Assembly (NCBI GenBank): GCA_020696385.1
Contig: JAEHCQ010000004.1
Location: forward strand, 64,001 to 128,000
Direction: 5' to 3'
Length of the DNA: 64,000 nucleotides
From: Methanobacteriota archaeon
GTDB lineage: Archaea > Thermoplasmatota > Thermoplasmata > SG8-5 > JAGLSY01
Both the position numbers and the translations under genes were made by a program. Every line of letters starts with the position of its first letter. Positions within the stretch are counted from its first letter, which is position 1. The notes below the pieces were generated by a model that saw only the letters and a program-made list of their open reading frames with translations, had not been told where the DNA came from and made no database searches. Shown here in pieces: positions 57,677-64,000 of the stretch.

Positions 57677-60283
57677 ATGACTGTGAAATACGTTTATGCA
57701 TTCTCAGAGGGCAATGCTGGAATGAAAGAATTGATGGGGGGCAAGGGAGCCAATCTTGCAGAGATGACCAAGATAGGCATCAATGTTCCACCTGGCTTCA
57801 CGATAACCACCGAGGCTTGTAATCAATTCCAGGGTACTGGGGAGATACTGGATGGAACATGGAAACAGGTTTTGAAGGCGATCAAGAAGCTGGAGACCCA
57901 AACAGACAAAGGTCTTGGAGATTCCAAAAATCCACTACTTCTATCGGTCAGGTCTGGAGCCCCGGTTTCGATGCCTGGCATGATGGACACTGTGCTGAAT
58001 CTCGGCCTGAATACGGAGACCGTGAAAGGAATGATAGAGAAGACGAACAATGAAAGATTCGTCTATGATTCATATCGCAGGTTCATCCATATGTTCTCGA
58101 ATGTCGTGCTGGGGTTGCCACATTCGAGCTTTGACGATATACTGGATAAATCCAAGGCCGATGCAGGAGTTGAGTTGGATAGTGAGCTAAATGCGGACCA
58201 GTTGAAAAAATTGGTTGATGATTACAAGGTAATTGTGAAAAACTCTGGCCTCGAATGGCCAGATGATCCTATCATGCAATTGAGATTGTCCATTGAAGCC
58301 GTTTTTAAGTCTTGGGACTTAAAGAGAGCCCGGGTGTACAGGGAGGCCAATGGCATATCGCACAATCTGGGCACAGCTGTCAATGTACAATCCATGGTCT
58401 TTGGCAATATGGGGCAGAATTCCGGTACAGGAGTTACATTCAGCAGGAACCCATCCACAGGCGAGAATAAGATATATGGTGAATATCTGATGAATGCCCA
58501 GGGTGAAGATGTGGTGGCTGGCATAAGGACACCGCTTCCGATATCCGATATGGAAAAAGCTCTTCCAGACATCTACAAGAAATTCTGGGATATCGTGGAT
58601 AGATGCGAGAAGCATTATGGTGATATGCAGGACATGGAGTTCACGATCGAAGAGGGTGAACTCTATATTTTACAAACTAGGACTGGCAAGCGCACTGCAA
58701 GTGCTGCAATTAAAATTGCTGTAGACATGGTGATAGAAGGTATAATACCAAGAGAAGAGGCTCTGATGCGTATCGAGCCATCTGCTCTTAATCAACTTCT
58801 CCACAAACGCCTGGACCTTTCAGGTGGGGAGAAAGAGGCGGCAATTGGCCTGCCAGCATCACCCGGAGCCGCCGCAGGCGAGGCGGTCTTCAATGCGGAT
58901 GAGGCCCAGCGTATGAAAGAAGAGGAAGGGAAAGATGTCATTCTGGTATCTCCAGAGACATCACCTGAAGATATACACGGAATGATAGCCTCTGAAGGAA
59001 TTCTCACATCAAGAGGTGGCATGACATCCCATGCGGCCGTGGTGGCCAGAGGAATGGGCAAGCCCTGCATCTGCGGTTGTGGGGACCTGAAGATCGGAAA
59101 AGGCGAATGCTATATTGACGATCTTGTGATCAAAGAAGGTGATTGGGTCACATTGGATGGAACAACTGGCAAGGTTTATAAGGGCCAGGTTCCGACCATC
59201 GATCCGGAGATGACATCCGAGTTCAAGGTATTCATGAACTGGGCGGATTCGATCAGTCGCATGACGGTGAAAACAAATGCCGAGGTACCATCGGATGTTC
59301 AGGTGGCCAAGGATTTCGGGGCTGAAGGAATAGGTCTGGCAAGGACCGAGCATATGTTCTTCGGAGAGGACCGCTTACCTTGGATGAGAAGGATGGTGCT
59401 GGCCTCTACGCCTGAAGAAAGGCAGAAGGCACTGGATCAGCTTCTGCCGATGCAGAGACAAGATTTTGAAGAGATATTCACGATCATGGACGGTTTACCA
59501 GTTATAATACGCCTTCTGGACCCGCCATTGCACGAGTTCCTTCCAAAGGACAGCGACGAGATTAAAGAGCTGTCCAAGGCACTGGATATACCTGTAAAGA
59601 CCATTGAGGAGGCCATAGAGAACCAGCATGAGTTCAATCCCATGCTGGGATTCCGCGGTTGCAGGCTGGGCATCATGTATCCGGAGATAAACGCGATGCA
59701 GGCCAGAGCGATATTCGAGGCCGGTCTGGCTGTTCAGGAAAAAGGCGTCAAACCGATCATCCAGGTGGAGATACCACTTATCGGCAAGTTGGAGGAGTTC
59801 AGGATGATAAATAATATCATCAAGGACGTGGCCTGTGATATGAATATCGCCGGCAAGTTGGACTACCAGATCGGAACCATGATAGAGGTTCCGAGAGCCG
59901 CGCTCACCGCGGATGAAATTGCTGTCGAAGTGGATTTCATGTCCTTCGGCACTAATGATCTCACTCAAATGACATGCGGCCTGTCACGAGACGATGCTGG
60001 CAAGTTCCTGGGAAAATATGTTGAAAAGGAGATCTACGACAGGGATCCATTTGAATCCATTGACCAAACAGGTGTGGGCCTTCTGATGAAGATATGTGTG
60101 GATAAGGCAAGGAAGATCAAGCCAGACATGGAGATCGGCATATGCGGGGAACATGGTGGCGAACCAGAGTCTGTAAAATTCTGCCATCGCATCGGAATAA
60201 ACGATGTCAGTTGTTCACCATATCGTGTGCCCATTGCGAAGCTGGCCGCTGCTCAAGCAGTTATCGAGGAACGGATGAAATAG
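57677..60283 (+). CDS. ppdK: Pyruvate, phosphate dikinase
   Basis: GGKGANLAEM, SVRSGA, GGMTSHAAVVARG, GTNDLTQ, ICGEHGG. Confidence 0.97.
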   Translation: MTVKYVYAFSEGNAGMKELMGGKGANLAEMTKIGINVPPGFTITTEACNQFQGTGEILDGTWKQVLKAIKKLETQTDKGLGDSKNPLLLSVRSGAPVSMPGMMDTVLNLGLNTETVKGMIEKTNNERFVYDSYRRFIHMFSNVVLGLPHSSFDDILDKSKADAGVELDSELNADQLKKLVDDYKVIVKNSGLEWPDDPIMQLRLSIEAVFKSWDLKRARVYREANGISHNLGTAVNVQSMVFGNMGQNSGTGVTFSRNPSTGENKIYGEYLMNAQGEDVVAGIRTPLPISDMEKALPDIYKKFWDIVDRCEKHYGDMQDMEFTIEEGELYILQTRTGKRTASAAIKIAVDMVIEGIIPREEALMRIEPSALNQLLHKRLDLSGGEKEAAIGLPASPGAAAGEAVFNADEAQRMKEEEGKDVILVSPETSPEDIHGMIASEGILTSRGGMTSHAAVVARGMGKPCICGCGDLKIGKGECYIDDLVIKEGDWVTLDGTTGKVYKGQVPTIDPEMTSEFKVFMNWADSISRMTVKTNAEVPSDVQVAKDFGAEGIGLARTEHMFFGEDRLPWMRRMVLASTPEERQKALDQLLPMQRQDFEEIFTIMDGLPVIIRLLDPPLHEFLPKDSDEIKELSKALDIPVKTIEEAIENQHEFNPMLGFRGCRLGIMYPEINAMQARAIFEAGLAVQEKGVKPIIQVEIPLIGKLEEFRMINNIIKDVACDMNIAGKLDYQIGTMIEVPRAALTADEIAVEVDFMSFGTNDLTQMTCGLSRDDAGKFLGKYVEKEIYDRDPFESIDQTGVGLLMKICVDKARKIKPDMEIGICGEHGGEPESVKFCHRIGINDVSCSPYRVPIAKLAAAQAVIEERMK

Positions 60284-60294
60284 TTCCTCTCTCA

Positions 60295-63200
60295 TTATTT
60301 GATGAACTTCTTCATGTTCTTCGTATAACTCTCTTCAGATATCTTGCCATCTGCAAATGCTTTATCTATTTTGGCGATCATTTCCTCATCTGATAATTTG
60401 GGTTTTGCAGACACCTCTGGTTCTGGCTGTGGAGTAGCTTCCGGTATGGGAGCTGGCTCAGCAACCGGAGCGACTACTGGTGGAACTGCTGCTGACATTT
60501 CTGGTGGAGGAGTTGCCGGTGGCATTCCAGGAGGTGGTGGTGGTGGTAGTTCTCCTGGCTGAATCGGTATTTGGGCCTGAGCTGTTGGTACTGGCTCTGC
60601 CTGTGGTACTGGTACTTCCGCTGGCGGTGTCGGTGGAGCTTGGGGTTGAATCGGTGTTTGGACCCTTGGTGCTGGTTGCGGCATGATGGCAGGTGCAGGA
60701 GTTATCATAGGTCGTTGTGGTTCATCCTCATCCCTGTCCCTACTCACAAGCAATATGATCGCTAATACCACCAGGAGGAATAAGAGTAACACCCACCAGT
60801 ATTTTAGCAAGAAGTCATTGAAGCTAGAAGTAGATGCTGGCGAGCTATCTGGATCCTGCGGATCCGTACCTTCCTCATACTCTTCCAGGTTGGTGAAGCC
60901 ATCTCCATCATCGTCATCATCATCATCATTCGAGTTCAATGGATCAAGATCATTCTCCTCTTCCCATGTATCTGGCATATCATCATTGTCGTCATCATCA
61001 TCTTCATTGTTACCAGTTCCATCCCTATCCGTGTCTGTATCCTCGGAGGGATCCAATGGGAAATCATCATCCACATCATCCACACGATCATTATCATCAT
61101 CTGGATCATCGATGTCAAGTATGCCATCCCCATCTGTGTCCGTGTCATCCACTGGTGTGATCTGCTGATCACCCTCAATAGTGATGAATCCCCAACCATA
61201 TCCTCCCAATGCGTTCCCTGCAATGTCACTTGCCGATGTGGGGATGGATATGATGTACGATGTATTGTATTCCAGGGCTGGAGTGGGCATAAAGAGAAGA
61301 ATGCTATTGCTGTAGCTCCAAATCGCATTGCCACTGAAGAGGGTCCAGGTATTTGTTCCATCTGTCAGCTCAAAGCCATTCTCAATGCTCTGTTTGTTCA
61401 TCGGTTCATTGAAGACCAGCTCGATAGATGGTGTAACTGAGACATCTATTCCTGTTGGAGCATTTGATTCCACATAAGGTGTGATCGTGTCCACAATGGT
61501 CTGTACGAAATCTGTTCTCATTGCCTCTTCATTGCCAGCGTGGTCTGTCGCCATGGTGTAGAATTCGTATAAACCATCTGAAGGAGCGGTGAAAGATATG
61601 GAAATGCTGGCGGAACTATAGGTATTGTACAATCTCCAGGCACCGCCATCCACTCTGTAACATAATTTCATAATACTGATCCCACTTCCATCATCGTCCT
61701 GCGCATCTAAATCCAGGGTGAAGGTTCTTGACGTTTGGTAAGTGTTCAGATCCCACATCTGTGATATTGGTGCTGTCGTGTCAATAATGAAATTATCTAA
61801 AAAGTCAGGAACTACGATGTTTCCTACCATATCCTCTGCACCAGATACGATCAAAGTATATCTCCCGTTAGTGGTCGATTCTAGAATTTCAAAATTGCCT
61901 TCCCATATGGTCATCGATGTCCAATATCCACTGATCACAATATCATCATAGGGTGATGCAGTGCCCATTGTTACTATTGGCTGCAATCCCTGGTTCATGC
62001 TCTTGCTGAAGGTGATCGTGAAGGTGACCGTGCCCGTGTTCAGTGGCGAGTTTGGACTCATAATTATAGAGGTTATAACAGGCCGAGTGCCATCATATCC
62101 AGCATCCGAGTCTTTACTGGCCGTTGCATTCTCGTAATTGCCAGCATCATCGATGGCCACTGTGTGGAATTGATAATATCTCTCTCCATCCGGACATGTG
62201 AATGCGAAATTCCCATTTGCTGATGTTCCGGAAATTGCCAGGGTCTGGAACATCGCCCAGCCTCCCCATGTCACATTATCCACACTGGATCTGTAATAGA
62301 GATCGATATTGCTTAGTTCATAATTATCTGTTGCCAAATACGGAACATTGAATGGGGAAGAAGTGAACCACCCCAGCCATCCGCTTCCCGCGTTGGAAAC
62401 TGGTTCAATTCCATCTGTGACATTGACCCACATGGTATCTGTGTCCGAGCTACCCACTCCATCTCTCACAGTCAGAGTGACCTGTATATTGCCGACATTG
62501 TTGAATGTGTATGATGGGTTCACACCATACAGTCTGACTATTCCTCCATCTGTGAATGTCCATGTGTAATTGACTATGCCTATGACATCTATAGAACCGC
62601 TTCCATCAAACTGTACGAACAAGCTCTGCGGTCCTGCTTTATCAGAACCTGCGTTCGCGATCGGTGAAACACTATCATATCCCGCATTGGAATCCATTGT
62701 AAATGGGCTAGTTTCCACATTGCCAGCACTATCTGTCGCTATTGTGTAGAATTGGTAGTATCCTTGTCCGTTCGGACATCCGAATGCGTAGTTTCCGCTT
62801 GCTGATGTTCCGAAAATAGCTATTGACTGGAAAGGTGTCCAGCCACCCCATGTAACATTATTCGCACTGTATCTGTAATAGAGATTGATATTGCTTAGTT
62901 CGTAATTGTCTGATGCTGAATAAGGAACATTGTATGAGGATGTTATGAACCATCCCAGCCATCCGTTTCCCGCATTGGAAACCGGGCGATATCCATCTGT
63001 GACATACACCCACATGGTATCCATGTCCGAGTTTCCCATCCCATCTGTCACGGTCAAAGTGACCATCACATTACTGATATCATTGAATGTGTATGATGGG
63101 TTTTCTCCATATAGTGTGACTGCCCCTCCGTCTGTGAATGTCCATGTGTAGTTGTCTATTCCGATATTATCCAATGAGCCACTCCCATCAAAGATGACAA

Positions 63201-63999
63201 ATAGACTTTGAGGTCCAACCATATTGGCTCCTGCATTTGCGATAGGTGAAACATTATCAAATCCAGCTTCAGAGTCTCTGCTAAGGGGTGATATTTCCAC
63301 ATTGCCAGCATCGTCTGTCGCTATTGTGTAGAATTGGTAGTATCCTTGTCCATTCGGACATCCGAATGCGTAGTTTCCGCTTGCTGATGTTCCAGAAACA
63401 GCAATTGATTGGGATAGTGCCCAGCCACCCCAAGCGATATTATCTGTACTGAACCTGTAATAAAGATTAATATTGCTTAGTCCGTAATTGTCTGTTGCCG
63501 AATATGGAACATTGAATGGGGCGGTCGTAAACCATCCCAGCCATCCACTTCCTGCACTGGAGATCGGATCATATCCGTCTGTGACATTGACCCATATGGT
63601 ATCCGTGTCCGAGTTTCCCACTCCGTCCATCACGGTCAGAGTGATCAATATATTGTCAATATTATTGAAGGTATATGAAGGATTTGATCCATATAATGTC
63701 ACTGGGCCAGCATCCATAAATGTCCATGTGTAATTGGCTATGCCCGTGGTATCGGATGATCCTGAGCCGTCAAGTAGTAGGTTAACCCCTTGTATTATCT
63801 GCTGATCTGATCCAGCATCTGCGATAGGCGGGATCCCATCATATCCAGCTTCTGAGTCTGTGGTCAAAGGTACATCTTCCACATTGCCAGTATCATCAAT
63901 GGCTACTGAATAGAATTGATAATATCCTTCCCCATTGGGAGATGTGAATAGGAAATTACCATTTGCCGCAGTTCCGGAGACTGGTGTTGAACCAAAGAA
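60295..63999 (-). CDS. Large repetitive surface protein (PKD-containing 194-aa repeats, Ig-like, DxDxDG Ca-binding repeats, TM, Pro-rich, SHOCT-like end); 5' end beyond window
   Basis: Frame open to the window edge; 582-nt repeat period; NYTWTF...Y.F PKD motifs; GKISEESY tail. Confidence 0.85.
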   Translation of the reverse strand, partial: FFGSTPVSGTAANGNFLFTSPNGEGYYQFYSVAIDDTGNVEDVPLTTDSEAGYDGIPPIADAGSDQQIIQGVNLLLDGSGSSDTTGIANYTWTFMDAGPVTLYGSNPSYTFNNIDNILITLTVMDGVGNSDTDTIWVNVTDGYDPISSAGSGWLGWFTTAPFNVPYSATDNYGLSNINLYYRFSTDNIAWGGWALSQSIAVSGTSASGNYAFGCPNGQGYYQFYTIATDDAGNVEISPLSRDSEAGFDNVSPIANAGANMVGPQSLFVIFDGSGSLDNIGIDNYTWTFTDGGAVTLYGENPSYTFNDISNVMVTLTVTDGMGNSDMDTMWVYVTDGYRPVSNAGNGWLGWFITSSYNVPYSASDNYELSNINLYYRYSANNVTWGGWTPFQSIAIFGTSASGNYAFGCPNGQGYYQFYTIATDSAGNVETSPFTMDSNAGYDSVSPIANAGSDKAGPQSLFVQFDGSGSIDVIGIVNYTWTFTDGGIVRLYGVNPSYTFNNVGNIQVTLTVRDGVGSSDTDTMWVNVTDGIEPVSNAGSGWLGWFTSSPFNVPYLATDNYELSNIDLYYRSSVDNVTWGGWAMFQTLAISGTSANGNFAFTCPDGERYYQFHTVAIDDAGNYENATASKDSDAGYDGTRPVITSIIMSPNSPLNTGTVTFTITFSKSMNQGLQPIVTMGTASPYDDIVISGYWTSMTIWEGNFEILESTTNGRYTLIVSGAEDMVGNIVVPDFLDNFIIDTTAPISQMWDLNTYQTSRTFTLDLDAQDDDGSGISIMKLCYRVDGGAWRLYNTYSSASISISFTAPSDGLYEFYTMATDHAGNEEAMRTDFVQTIVDTITPYVESNAPTGIDVSVTPSIELVFNEPMNKQSIENGFELTDGTNTWTLFSGNAIWSYSNSILLFMPTPALEYNTSYIISIPTSASDIAGNALGGYGWGFITIEGDQQITPVDDTDTDGDGILDIDDPDDDNDRVDDVDDDFPLDPSEDTDTDRDGTGNNEDDDDDNDDMPDTWEEENDLDPLNSNDDDDDDDGDGFTNLEEYEEGTDPQDPDSSPASTSSFNDFLLKYWWVLLLFLLVVLAIILLVSRDRDEDEPQRPMITPAPAIMPQPAPRVQTPIQPQAPPTPPAEVPVPQAEPVPTAQAQIPIQPGELPPPPPPGMPPATPPPEMSAAVPPVVAPVAEPAPIPEATPQPEPEVSAKPKLSDEEMIAKIDKAFADGKISEESYTKNMKKFIK

Positions 64000-64000
64000 G

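Noticed and set aside
1-64000. Numerous short antisense and alternative-frame ORFs in the track
   Set aside because: They overlap well-supported genes and have no recognisable motifs.

Overview
Archaeal chromosomal window. Gene content (topo VI, EgsA, Hel308, NurA-HerA-Mre11-Rad50, pelota, thiolase/HMGCS/DUF35, an intron-containing tRNA, large PKD/WD40 surface proteins) fits a Thermoplasmatota lineage; this assignment is an inference. It is mostly core genes plus one AT-rich island (~1.6-4.9 kb) carrying an ABC-ATPase + DUF4276/TOPRIM-like pair. Main signals: (1) The 3' ends of several core genes are re-duplicated downstream (scpB x3, folD x2, UPF0179 x2, top6A x2). At scpB and folD the units are 45-59 nt self-complementary hairpins whose left arm re-encodes the protein C-terminus, synonymously in scpB. 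They join at TCAT-N4-ATGA palindromes, and scpB, folD and top6A share a GATGCTG core. This suggests an undescribed gene-end cassette/integration system; no recombinase is in the window. (2) The mevalonate-cluster thiolase has both its catalytic Cys and its GHP His replaced by Asn, and lies next to an acetoacetate-CoA ligase. (3) A membrane-anchored wHTH regulator has a repeated ACAA-N6-GTAC candidate operator next to TATA boxes, ahead of a peptide ABC transporter whose permeases carry large extracellular inserts. All calls come from reading motifs by eye; no searches were run.
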